In this document: in pieces, positions 1-13,914 of the stretch | Position numbering within the stretch: position 1 is the stretch's first letter | How the letters are laid out: the number at the start of each line of letters is the position of its first letter | Program-made: the position numbers and the translations under genes | NCBI GenBank assembly: GCA_012295275.1 | Contig: CM022676.1 | Coordinates: 17,794,001 to 17,858,000 of the forward strand | Source: Chrysomallon squamiferum | Lineage: Eukaryota > Animalia > Mollusca | Direction: 5' to 3' | DNA: 64,000 nt | The notes under the pieces: model-generated | What the model saw: only the letters and a program-made list of their open reading frames with translations | Told to the model about the DNA's origin: nothing | The model's database searches: none

Positions 1-1607
1 TGGTTGATACATATTACCCTGTTCATCCAGTTGTCTACGTAAAATACCACTTCCTGCTAATTGGAAAGACGTAGACTTGATGTGGCGACTGCACATTTAC
101 TCTCATTTTATTTCAGCAGTCCTTAACAGCAAGTTTGACGCACACAAATCAGTAAACAAAATGTGTTTCCAGTGTCTTTAATTAAAACATTTATTCCACC
201 CTTGCATTCTTTTTTCAGTTTTTTCTCTTTTTGTCATTTCGTTTAATCTAACTTTCGTATTGGTCTACCGTCCGTTCCAACCAGAGTATAAAATGTTATT
301 GCATCTGCTTTCATCTACAATGGCAATATAAAAAACGTATCGCTGTTATATGTGTAGATGTGAGAAGCAAACTGATCATTAGCTTGCGAGATTTTTTTGA
401 AATACACGAATAAGTATAATGTAGACCCGGACTTGAAAGGTATATTGTACGACAACGAAGTTTTACTTTCCACCAAGTGTATGGAACGAGCCACTAAAAA
501 TGGAATAATAATATTAGCTCGCAGAATTGTATTATTTTCTAATTTCGAGTTTGTTTGTTTGTTTTATCTGTTGGTAGTAATTTGCTGGTTATTTTGTTTG
601 TCTATATCGTCGTTATTGAAATTATATATCTTCTCAGAGTTTAAATACTTTCAGACGTTTCTGTTTATTTCTACCACATATGCACAGACACTGTATTAAC
701 AATGAATTTGTCAGATCATTGTAAATAACACCCAGCTATACCTTTGTTCTCATGTGATACACCATTTTTATCTAAACTACATAAGAAACAATCAATCACG
801 TGTTAGCTCTATCTTGATAGACTGGTCACGCGAAAATCGTCAGAGAAATAAGACATGCACAGGATAAAATTAGAAAAAAAAACTTTGTATGCTTTTTTTT
901 TTGTTTTTTTTGTTGTTGTTGTTGTTCTTCTTCTTCTTCTTTCTTCTTCTTCTTCTTCTTCTTCTTATTATTATTATTATAAATGATATATATGTGTGTG
1001 TGTGTGTGTATGAGTGTGCGTGTGGGTGTGTTTTACATCTGATTTCTGTGTGTATTATTCCCCCAGAAAAAAAACAAAATGCTGTTCGTAATATGTAAAT
1101 AAATACATTTGTAGCAGTAGTAACAATAATATTAGTGCCACTTCTGATGGTAGCAGTAAGTTTAATAGTGGAAGTGGCAGTAGCAGTAGATATAGGAGTA
1201 GCAGCCGTTGTTGCCAGAGTATTATTATTAGTAGTGTTAAACTAATTTCATTATTATTATTAGTGTTGTTGTTGTTGTCGTCATCATCATCAGTTTTATC
1301 ATAATTGTCATCATTCTAATATAGTCCTATGAACTATTTATAGCTTATGCCATATTTTTACCTATGTGATTATTTAATTTTATTTATTTGTGTGTTCATG
1401 TTATTAATTAATTAATTAATTAATTAATTAATTCATTTATTTATTTATTTATTTATTTGTTTATATCTAATCTGATTCTTCAGTGGCAGAATAGTTCTAC
1501 AGAAAGTAGTCGCTTATAAGAAATTACCGATCGAAGTTGGCACCGATATATTTCTAAACTAATAGTTTACTCTTGTTTTTTCTTTTTTTTTTTTATTATT
1601 ATTATTA

Positions 1608-1656
<49 letters not shown>

Positions 1657-1774
1657 GTTGTTGTTGTTAGATACATACGTAAACAATGCAATAGGACCAC
1701 ATTAAATTAATATAATCTTCTTGAAGGAGAAATGTGTATAAGATTAGTGTACATGTCTCGTAACACGATTTGTT

Positions 1775-1935
1775 TATTTTAATCTGACATTCAAACCTGA
1801 GAAGTGACACTTTATGACGTAAAGATGTTTGACGTCAGTCAACGTTTTTATCAGTGCAGGAGTCTGATAGCTAAAAGTAAACAAAGCAGAAGTGAAATAA
1901 GTCGGCCATATTGAAAACGGATATTTTATATTTTA
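1775..1935 (+). promoter_or_regulatory. Putative promoter / non-coding first exon of BTB copy 1
   Basis: Non-coding block conserved with 43185-43335. Contains TGACGTAA and TGACGTCA (CRE-like), GTAAACA (forkhead-like), AAGTGAAA (IRF-like) and GGCCATATTG (YY1-like). Function is inferred from conservation and position only. Confidence 0.4.
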
Positions 1936-3035
1936 TTGTGTTTTAATGATTCGAGTGTTCTTAGTTTAATTATTTTTAGGCATATCAGAGTTAGTTCTCT
2001 AACAAATAGGTCATTATAGTGTGAGGTGTTCTTTTATATTGACATGGAAAAGATTACGTAAAGCCTGACTTGAAAATGTGTTCTCAGCGAAATTATATTT
2101 ACAATTCTGGTGTATGGATCTTACGGATGAAGAATTTAATAATATTATCTCATATACTAATTTATTTTCTATTTCCTTTTTATTTTGTTTATTGGAAGTA
2201 ATTTGGTTGTTGTAGCGTCGATATTGATATTATTTATCTTTTCATAATGTAAACAAATGCCTCTTTTTTTTTTTCCTTTTTTCTTTAAATTTTATTTCCG
2301 CATCTTATGTCTACAATGTATTAACAGTAAATTTATCACATCGTCCACAAGGGTATATATATTTTAAACTTATCTTTTTTATGTTTTTATTATTGTTATT
2401 ACTACCCTATTATTTATTAACGGCTTTTGCTATATGTTATATTTTATTGTTAGATAGGTTATTTTATAGTTGAGGTTAAACAGAAAGTCGTCGCTTATCA
2501 GAAACTATCGATCAGGAAGTTTTGAGGTAGACAACCACATTGAAATTACAATGTAATTTTTATAGGTTCTACTTTAAAACCATCGCGTCTTCTTTCTCTA
2601 TTTTTCTTATTTTCTTACTTTTTTCTTACATAATGTTTCGTTTTAGATGTATCACAGACGGAAACTTTTGTTGTGTTTTCGAGGAGTAAATTGATATAAA
2701 TGGCCATAATTACATTGCTATTTGAAATTCGTTTGTTTACCCGATGTGACCACACAAGTCTGTTTATAATAATAATGATAATAATAATTAATGCTGTCGT
2801 CGATACCATCATAATAATCTTTCACATAAGCATAATTTATTTATTTTTATAGTTTGTCGATTTGCTATATGTTTATCCGTTGTCTTTCATTTTCATTTTC
2901 CGTTTTATTATTTTTGTTTTGTTTTGTTTTGTGTTTTTGTTTGTTTCTTTTCGCTGTAAGAATTGTTATAGTTGAATCTGTGAACGATTTCTTTTTCTTT
3001 CTTTCCCCATTCCATTATTATTATTGTTGTTGTTG

Positions 3036-3110
<75 letters not shown>

Positions 3111-3147
3111 GTGTTGTTGTTGTTGTTAGTATGTTTGTAGTGAAAAC

Positions 3148-3414
3148 ATGACCACCTCGACTGCAGTCTCAAGCTGGCAGACAGGGAAGAATCTGATGCA
3201 ATGCATTGAACATGTTTTTCGTACAAGAACTGACACGGACGTCAGATTTCTTGTTGGGGAACATAAAACTGCTGTCGATGCTCACCGATTCATACTCATT
3301 ATTCGAAGCGAATCTTCCATCAGATGTTCACAGGAGAACTTCGCGAACAAAAAAATATCAAAATACCGGATGTGCAGGCAGAAATCTTCTCAGAGTTTTT
3401 AAAGTATGTTAAAA

Positions 3415-3461
<47 letters not shown>

Positions 3462-4731
3462 ACAAACACATACAGACGCACACACACACAGATACACACA
3501 GGCAGACATGGAAACACACGTACGAACACAGCGAGGAAGAGAGACAGACAGACAGACAGAAAGGTTGATAACAATCGAGTTTTTATTAGTAATCTAATTA
3601 TTTTCTATTTAATTAATCTCACATAGTTATCTCACATTTTAAAGTCTTACTCTACTTCTTTTACACAGATATCTTTATACGGATGACGTCGTCCTAACAG
3701 GCGACAACGTCACCATTCTGCTGTATCTATCGAATAAATACTTCATCAGAACACTTGAAGATCTATGCGTAAAATATTTGGAGTCGTCGTTGTCGTCACA
3801 GAATGCGTGCGTCGTGCTGGAACAAGCTCATTTGTTTTATGAACATGATCTAAGGAAAAACACACTGAACTATATTTTGATAAATGGAGACGAAGTTTTG
3901 AAGTCAGATGAAGTCACCGATCTTTGTCACGAATGTCTGGTTGAGATCGTACGATCAGACGAACTGACAGCAGACGAGAAAAATAGTTTTGAAGCCACTG
4001 TGAAGTGGGCTGACAGCGCGTGCAGGAAGTAAGGGAAGACTACGAGTGAAAAAAACATGCGCGAAGCACTGGGAGAGGTCGTGAAGCACGTGCGTTATCC
4101 ATTACTCGATCAGAGGTACTTTGTAGAACACGTGATACCTACTCACATACTCTCTGAGACAGAAGAAACCCAGATTTTGAAACACTGGGTGAGCAGTGAT
4201 GAAGATGTTTCACCTTTTAACTCAAACAGGAGATCTGCAATGATGAAAATACAGATTACAATAAACAGGTTTAGTTGCTTTGGTTTCTACCGGTCATGTT
4301 CTGGCAAAGTAGATGACGCCATTACTTTCTCTGTCAACAGAAACGCTTTACTTCGCGCATTTCAGTTGTACGGTCTCAGTAGAGAAAACTACGACGTCAG
4401 CGCCTTCGTCACTGACACAAGAACAGCCGAAATACTGGACGAATCTACACTGACACAGAGATATGAACACGTGTCTGACGTGTCTGCCGTGTATGACGTC
4501 GTGTTCAGTCGTCCAGTGAAGATTACTAAAGACATTGAGTACAGCTTGTTTGTTAATGTTAAGGGAGGAGACACAGGGTAGGGATGGTTGGGACGTGAAG
4601 GTAAATCAGAAATTGTTGTAGACTCTTTTCTTTGTAGATTTTCTGACTCACACAAATCTAAACACAGTGACAGACAACTTCGTACACGTGTGACAGACGG
4701 ACAAATACCTGCTTTGTTATTTTTTGTGTGA
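3148..4731 (+). pseudogene. BTB-BACK-PHR domain gene (BTBD1/2/3/6 family), copy 1, disabled
   Basis: Exons 3148-3403 and 3669-4731 with a GT..AG intron at the same site as copies 2 and 3. Motifs DVRFLVG..AHRFIL (BTB), RYPLL (BACK), DAITF..YG and GQIPALLF (PHR). Three lesions: 1-nt deletion near 3313 (exon 1 is 256 nt versus 257 in paralogs), TAA at 4030-4032 (CAA in copy 3), TAG at 4579-4581. Confidence 0.92.
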
Positions 4732-6252
4732 AAAACAACATCGTTCAAATACTGTCAGTTTTAGTTATCACTGGGCTCATATTTTTATTTATTTATATGT
4801 TTATTTATTTATTTATATTTGTTTACATTTTGTATTTCTGATGATGTCAGACAACATTTATGAAGTCACACACACTATATTTGAAATGTTGGATATCTAA
4901 TGGACTTATTTCTGTCAAAAACGTTCATGATGTATATAAACATCTGATTTCTTATTTATTATTTTGCTGTTATTATTTATTTATTTATTTATTTATGAAT
5001 TTGTTTGTAGTTGTTTTTGTTTTTTTTAAATTTATTTATTGTTTCTTTTTTGTATATGAAACATAATATGTAGATACATTATGTATGTATTTCCTGGTTG
5101 TTAGACATGAAAATAAGAACTCTTGTTTGATTTTTTTATCCATTTGCTTCTATTAAGACTAGCAACTCTTTGTTTATTTATTTATGTATAAGATATAAAT
5201 AACGAAAAATAGATAAATAAATTTCAGTTTTTTATTATGAATTTTCTCTTCTTTTATTGATGTATTTAATTTGTGTTGAAAAGGTAATTTACTTATATAT
5301 TTGTGTGTTACTTTTCTGCACACATTGAGTAGTAGTATATGTATTTGTATGTGTATATGTGTGTGCATGTATGAGTACACACACAGAAAAAATAAACAAA
5401 CATACATACATACACAGACAGACAGACAGACAGAAACACACACTCCCTGTAAATCACAGACCCTCCTAATACACCACACACAGCAGTAGTGATGCTGTTT
5501 TTAATTGCATCTCACTATAAACATTCCTTGTATATGTGATTTTGATATGAACAACATATATTTGACATTAGAAATGGGTCAAACTTTTTTTTTGCCTTAA
5601 ATTAATTATGTTTGTGTTTAAGAAAGGTTGAAAGTACATTAAGTCTGTTAAATTGCAACAGAAAAGTATTTCATCCCTCCACAACCTTAAAATTTCAGAT
5701 TTTTCTGACTTTCTTTTTTGCTGCAGCTACAAAGAGCGCTAGTCACATATTTGTGATATACAACTGAAAAAGAAAAAGAGCGACAGTCTGATTTGAAATT
5801 ATTTACAGACCAGCTTCCTTAATAAACAATAATTAATTAAAGTACTGATAAAACCTGCTGTAGTAGTCAGAAACTGTTTGTTTATAAACGTTTCCCTTCT
5901 GACTGAGATTCAACGGTCTATGCCAGAAGATAGGAGTAACAGGGATGCTATGCAGTGTGCTATTCTACGGGAGGGATTTCCTAGCAAATTACAATCCCTG
6001 GGGTGTGCGATTTCCAGGGATTTGTAATTAACTACTACACAGGCACATTTCAGTTTCCCTTCCAGCTACTGTTAATCTGTTGTGAAGAAAACAGTGACTA
6101 ATCCGGATGCTGTCTACTTCGGATACCGAATGTAAATTCCAGAATAAAAGACAAAATTATATATTAATTAGCATTGCCAATAATTACAAACAATTTTTCA
6201 CTGCAATTTCAAAGTAATTAGGTAACAGAGAGCTACCGTTTTGTCTCTGTTT

Positions 6253-6302
<50 letters not shown>

Positions 6303-7074
6303 TGTGTGTGTTTATGTTTGTATGTGTGTTTGTGTGTCTGCGTATGTGTTTGTGTGGATATAGAGATGTTTAAGAAAGGGGGAATATTGCTCTGATTGTG
6401 CAAAAACGACGTGACGGGTACATATACAACTTTTCTTTCATTATCTTTATATTATTTTGTTTTCTGTAGATTTACACCGCTTATTCATATATTGAGTGAA
6501 TGTTTTGTCGAACCAGTCTCTCTGAAAATCATGGCTATAAAAACATACTACAGGTCAGTATGCGTATCACTTCGCTGGTTTTCATAATGTTCCAGTTTAA
6601 TCGTACATATCGTTGTGTTTTTAAACGACACACTACAAAGTCAAACTATTTACTTGTTTCAAATATCAAACAGTTCTAATAATAATAATAGTAGTAGTAG
6701 TAGTAGTAATAATAATAATAATCATAATAATAATAATAATCATAATAATAATAATAAAATAATAATATTTTCTTATGAATACTATGTAGCTATGTGAATA
6801 TACAGAACATTTTATGTGTAACAGCAATAACAATAACGGCAATAACAAAATAATATTAAATAAATATTATGTAGCAATATATATTATGTAAATTATATAG
6901 TTTTGGTAGTATTCGTAATAATAATATAGCTATGAAGTTCATTATCTAATTAATTAATTATTAATGTTATTTCCCTATCTAAGAAAGTGTTAAGGTATTT
7001 AATATTAATAAAGTTTTCAGTATTGCTGGAGATTTCTCTCTCTTTATCTGTCTGTCCAACCATGTTTCTCAATT

Positions 7075-8347
7075 TTATTTCGTGTTTGCAAGTATCAATG
7101 AAACAGCGTGTACTGAAAAGAAAAGACGAAATATGATTTGTAAAACACGGATTTGCAGATCTCCTGTGAGGTATCCAGCTTAGTACCTCGTCATGTTTTT
7201 GAGATATCAGTCATTGCGTTTTGTTGTTTGTACATATTAATGAGAGAGGACATCAAAGAACAACCTTCTTATCTGCGAATAGAACGTATTATACAATGTG
7301 TCATACGTTAATAATAACAATAATAAACTTTTATTCTTGTGAATCACTCCCTTGTTCAAACTAACTTAAACATGCACAGTACACAAAAGACAAAACATAA
7401 TATCTTATATCAAAATTTAAAACACTAGTCTAATATCTCTAGTCAGGTATCAAATTTAATATGTAGTCACGTTTTCAGTATCTCGGGTGTTTCTTTTTAT
7501 TTTTTTTTTTTTTTTTTTGTTTTAACCTACCAATTATCTTGCTCTTCCTTTTATATTCATTATATTTATTTAACCCCGCATTTATTTATTTATTTGTATA
7601 TTTTTCTTTACTTATCAACATAAATCAATATATCAAAGTAATAAATACATGCTTTATTTCTGTAGTCATGTGCTACATTTCTTTTCGTTGTTCATTCTGT
7701 CTTTGTGTGTGTGTGTGTGTGTTTGTGTGTGTGAAACTGATTTTACTCTAAACTGAGTTAGAAAGATGACGTCACAATATTTATCTTTTACACTGCAAAA
7801 GTCATATGTCGGTGCTTCTGGACTGCGAAGTGTGAGAAAACTGAAACCAAATCGAACATATAACTCACCAACTAACTAAGTAAACAAATAAATAAAGATA
7901 CAAATAAAAAACAACAACAAAACAACAACAAAAAAACAACTAGCAGACAAACAAGTACACAACAAACAAACAGAATAAAACAAAATGAAACAAAAATATA
8001 TGGTTTTGTTCCTCATGCTAAAATCACTGACTCCTCAGTACCGGCCCTGTTCCCCTCCTCTCTGATTATTGTGAATCAGTCCCTTGCTCCAACTAACTCG
8101 AGCGTGCACAGCAAACAAAACGCGAAATATGATTTGCAACATCGCGATTTAAAACACGTGTCTGCAGACCTCCTGTGAGGTATCCAGTTTAGTACCTACT
8201 CATGGTTTTGTTATCTCGGTTATTATGTTTTGTTGTTTGTACGTATTAATGAGAGAGCGGGTTAAAGAATAGACTTCATATCTGTAAGAAGAAAATTTTA
8301 ACATTGCGTCATACAGTAATGACAAAGAATGACAAACAATAAATAAA

Positions 8348-8435
<88 letters not shown>

Positions 8436-8606
8436 CAACAACAACAACAACAACATAACAATTACAACACTAATAGTAATAATAATAACAACAAAACGAA
8501 AATACTAGAAAAGCTTGAGGCACCCCGCTAAAAATAAATCTTGTTTAAACTTGAACACTCAACTGGCTAGAATCGCGTGTATTTGTAACTGTACGAATGA
8601 AAAACG

Positions 8607-8694
<88 letters not shown>

Positions 8695-8726
8695 GCTATA
8701 TTATATATTAACACCTCACGTTCTTT

Positions 8727-8823
<97 letters not shown>

Positions 8824-9698
8824 GCATAAGTGGAGGAAAAAAGGAAACGCTGCACACCAAAGAATATATATATATATTTTTTTTACTATTTTTGGTTTCT
8901 AATGAAATGAATAAATAAGTAAGTAAATAAAAACATTTGTAACAGTTTTGGAAAAATACATTAATTAATAAGTAAAGAATATCGTATTGGCAGTAACAGT
9001 AATAACAGTAATCATACTATAGGCATGAAGTTCATTATTTATTTAATTAAATATTTAACCGGTCATAGTTTACAGTTTTGTCACAAAACGTTCGATAACT
9101 TTAACATTAAGTAAAATCATTCAGTGGGATCATAGTAGCAGAACTATTTTATTAGTATATATATAAAGGAATTGGAAAAAGCAAATAATATGACAAAAAT
9201 TCAAATTGTGTTAAAAAATCTGATTCAGTAAATGTTATTATTCTCAGTTGATATATAAAATGTATTTCCCAATCTAACTCTTAATTATTAAATATCAAGT
9301 ATTGTTACAGATACAACTACTTTGTAATCTCTTTGTGTACCACATTTTAAGAAGAAAATATTAACAATTATGTCAGTAACAATAGTACATTCAAAATTAT
9401 ACATAATTATAAATAATAAATACACATTTCTTAAAACAAAGGCACTACCTTTATACTTTGTTATATATAACTAACTGATTTTATAAATTCACTGTCACAG
9501 TCTGTAACAATATTTTAATAAGACACAACAACTGGTTTGTACATGGACAGTGTAAAATAACACATTTTACCGGGATAAAAATAAAATATTGTTAAAACTT
9601 GAATAATGAACTGATGAGTATCATGTCTTTCAAACTGTACGAATGAAGAACAGTACATATAATAATAATAATAATACTAATACTACTACTACTACTAC

Positions 9699-9743
<45 letters not shown>

Positions 9744-9935
9744 TAATAATATTTTCTTGTGAATAGTATGTAGCTATATATAAATATACAGAAAAATAAA
9801 ATAAATATGTATGTACGTAAAACCTGCGCAATAAATCAAAGATTTACAGATAGTGAAAAGAAGACTACAAAAAATCAGTTGTTACTTCGACGTGGTTAAC
9901 TCATCACGTTTTTTTTGTTTCATCACTCTCTCTCC

Positions 9936-9989
<54 letters not shown>

Positions 9990-10629
9990 GTTTGTTTATA
10001 CATATATATAAATATACATACATATATAAAAATATATATATATATATATATACATACATACATACATATATATATGTGTGTGAATGTGTGTGCATATATA
10101 TATATATATATATATACTCATTTTTTTCTCTCACACATCGAACATATCTTAAATATAAATAAATAAATAAAAATAAATAAATAAATAAACCAAATTGAAA
10201 CAGAGATCTATAGTTTATTTCGTCATGCTAAAAATACTGAAGTCTCAGTACCGGCCCTGTTCCCTCCTCTCTGATCATTGTGAATCAGTCCCTTGCTCCA
10301 ACTAACTTGGATTTGCACAGTAAGCAAAGGACAAAACATAATCTCTTACATCAAGATTTAAAACACGAGTCTAAGATCTCTAGTAAGGTATCATGTATTG
10401 CTCAAACTAATTCGAGCGTGCACAACAAAGAAATCCCGAAATATGATTTGTAAAACCGCGATTTAAAACACGTGTCTACAGATCTCCTGTGAGGTAGGCA
10501 GTTTAGTACCTAGTCATGTTTTTGAAATCATATTTTTCTTCTTTGTAAGTATTAGTGAGAAAGGAGGTCAAAGATCATCCATAATATCTGTGAACAGAAA
10601 AGTATATACAATGCGTCATAGAGTAAGAC

Positions 10630-10695
<66 letters not shown>

Positions 10696-11280
10696 TAATA
10701 ATAGTAGTAGTAATAATAATAATATAAAGATCAAAACAGAACAACCAAGTAGAATACAAATTGAAAGTAAAAAAATGGTATAGCATAAATTCAAACTGCG
10801 AAACTAATCTAATTCAGTAAATGCTGTTATTCTAAGTCCAGAAATTAAATTCATATTCCAACATAACACTTAATTATTATAAATCAACTATTGTTAGAAA
10901 TACAGCTATTTTCTAATTTGTTTGTCTACAACGTTTTGAGAAGAAAAGAATGAGTTCCCCTAATACATCGAAAATTATATGTAATTTAAAACGTTGCGAA
11001 TTAAATTATTTTTGTGGTTGTAGTAATTGTTGAAACAAAGGCGCTACGTTTACAGTTTGTTAAATATAACTAATTCATTTTATAAAGTGACTGCCAAAGT
11101 CTTTAACAATATATCAATCAGATACGATATGTGGTTTGTATATGGACAGTGTAAAATAATACAATTCACCCCGCGAAAAATAAATCATGCTTAAACTTGA
11201 ATACTGAACTGAAGAGTAGTGTGTCTTTTAAACTGTGCAAATGAAAAACGATACACAAATTATAATAATAATCAAAATAC
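7075..11280. repeat. Cluster of copies of a locally dispersed module (core CTCAGTACCGGCCCTGTTCCCCTCCTCTCTGAT...)
   Basis: Homologous segments at about 7075-7500, 7790-8610, 9100-9870 and 10200-11280, with an internal sub-repeat of about 105 bp (..CAAACTAACTCGAGCGTGCACAG..). Confidence 0.8.
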
Positions 11281-11952
11281 CGTATTAGAGCCCTTATTAT
11301 TTTGTGGACATCTTTTGCTATTTATTGTTTACTTTATTTCATTCTGTTTTATTTTATTTGTATTTTTATTCATTTCTTCTTAGATCGGTGATAGCGGTCA
11401 TATACAGTTGAGTCGACTGACAGAAAATAGTTGCTTAAATAAATTGTCCATCAGGAAGTTCAAATTAGAAGGTATTTTCAATTGTTTTCTATTTTAAACT
11501 ATCGCTTTTTTTTTCTTGCTTATTATTTTGCTTCTTTCTTTTTTTCTTACATGTTTCTTTTTAGATCTGTCACTTTTCGAGAAGTAAATTGTTATAAATG
11601 ACCATAAGTACATTGCGATATGAAAATCGTTTCTCCCACAGTCAAATATTTCTTATCTGACTGAGCACAGACCTTTGTTTATAACAAAAATGATAATAAT
11701 AATAATTCTTTCTTTGTTCGTCTTCATCATAGTAATCATTACCATAACCACACGGTATTTCTTTTTTATCCTTTATCTGTGTGATATAGTTCTTTCTTTC
11801 CTTATATTTTATTTATTTATTTATTTACTTATTTGTCTTGGTTTGATTATCCTTTTTTATGGAAAAAAATGTTTGTTTCGATTTTGGAATATGTCCGTGT
11901 ATAGTTCATTTGTACACGGAAATATTTTTTTAATTATATTTAGAATGAGGTT

Positions 11953-12030
<78 letters not shown>

Positions 12031-12324
12031 GCTATTAACGAGTTATATTTTATTTTATTGATATTTATTTGATTTTTTATTACTAACTTTTTATTCATTT
12101 TTTATTATTACTATATAATTAATTAATTAAATTATTTTAATTCAATTTGACGTTTTATTTTTTTTTTCTGTATGAATTATGGCATTTCTATGTGAGAACA
12201 GTCTCTTTTTCCCTTTCTCTCACTACACCATAATAATACTAATATTATGATTATGATTATTATTATTATTATTGTTATGATTATTACTGATGCTGTTATT
12301 GTTATTATTATTATTATAATTATC

Positions 12325-12377
<53 letters not shown>

Positions 12378-12429
12378 GTTATTGTTATTATTATGATTAT
12401 TATTATTATCCATTGTTTGTAGTGAAATC

Positions 12430-13914
12430 ATGGCCACCGGAACTTCAGTCTCAAGTTGGCAGACAGGAAAGAATCTGAGGCAATGCATTGAGCACGTTTT
12501 TCTTACAAGAACTGACACGGACGTCAGATTTCTTGTTGGGGAACAAAAAAAGGCTGTCGATGCTCACCGATTCATACTCATTATTCGAAGCGAAGTTTTT
12601 TATCAGATGATGACAGGAGAACTTCGCGAAGAAAGAAACATCATAGTACCGGATGTGGAGGAACATATTTTCTCAGAATTTTTAAAGTATGTTAAAACAC
12701 ACACACACAGAAACACACGTACGAACACAGTGAGAAAGAGAGATATACATACGTTAATAACAGATACGTTAATAACGATACAGTTTTTGTTAGTAATGTA
12801 ATTATTTTCTAATTAATTATTCCGACATAGATACCTCAAATTTTAAAGTCTTACTCTACTTCTTTTACACAGATATCTTTATACGGATGACGTCGTCCTA
12901 ACAGGCGACAACGTCACCGGTCTGCTGTATCTATCGAGGAAGTACTTCATCACAACACTTAAAGATAAATGCGTAAACTTTTTGGAGTCGTCGTTGTCGG
13001 TACAGAATGCGTGCGTCGTGCTGGAACAAGCTCACCTGTTTGATGAACATGATCTAAGGAAAAAAAGTCTGAATTATATTTTGAAAAATGGCGACGAAGT
13101 TTTGAAGTCGGATGAAGTCACCGATCTTTCTCACGAATGTCTGGTTGAGATCGTACGATCAGACGAACTGACAGCAGACGAGAAAAATGTGTTTGAAGGC
13201 GCTTTGAAGTGGGCTGACAACGCGTGCACGGTGCAAGGAAAACAGACGAATGGACAGAACAGGCGCGAGGCACTGGGCGAGGTCGTGAAGCACGTGCGTT
13301 ATCCATTACTCGATCAGACGTATTTTGTAAAACACGTGACACACACTCACATACTCACTGAGACAGAAGAACTCAAAATTACAAAACATTTCCTTTGTCC
13401 AGATGAAGATGTTTCACCTTTTAACTCAAACATGAGAACTAAAACACAGATTAGAATAAACAGGTTTCGTATGTTACTTGGTTCCTTAACATGTTCTGGT
13501 AAAGAAGATGACGCCATTACTTTCTCTGTCAACAAAAATACTTTACTTCGCGGATTTCTCTTGTACGGTCAACGTGAACCACGAAACTACGACGTCAGCG
13601 CCTTCGTCACTGATACAAGAGCAGACGAAATACTGGATGGGTCTACACTGACACAGAAATATGAACACGTCGTGTCTGACGAGTATGACGTCGTGTTCAG
13701 ACGTCCAGTGAAGATTACTAAAGACACTGAATACAGCTTGTTTGTTAATGTTAAAGGAGGTTACACATGGTGTGGAGGTGAAGGTAAATCAGAAATTGTT
13801 GTAGACTCTTTTGTTTGTAGATTTTCTGAGTCACACAAATCTAAACACAGTGACAGACAACTTAGTACACATGTGAAAACAGGACAAATACCTGCTTTGT
13901 TATTTTTAGTTTAA
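12430..13914 (+). CDS. BTB-BACK-PHR domain protein (BTBD1/2/3/6-like, Cullin3 adaptor family), copy 2, about 432 aa
   Basis: Exon 12430-12686 (AA|GTATGT) plus exon 12873-13914 (CAG|ATAT) gives 1299 nt open. BTB: TDVRFLVG..DAHRFILIIRSEVFYQM..FLKYLYTD. BACK: NACVVL..VFEGALKWA..VRYPLL. PHR: INRF..DAITFSV..GQIPALLF. Confidence 0.93.

Noticed and set aside
4030-4581. Stop-codon readthrough or recoding in BTB copy 1
   Set aside because: The copy also has a 1-nt deletion in exon 1 and two different stop types; simple pseudogenisation explains it.
4389-4748. Antisense ORFs over BTB and Ig exons (also 13118-13535, 25681-25974, 45809-46036)
   Set aside because: Shadow frames of real coding exons, not conserved as ORFs among paralogs.
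11080-11232. cNMP-binding domain suggested by ..LFFAG / CDSEFI..
   Set aside because: Too short, phases do not join cleanly, and no downstream G-D/G-E motifs were found.
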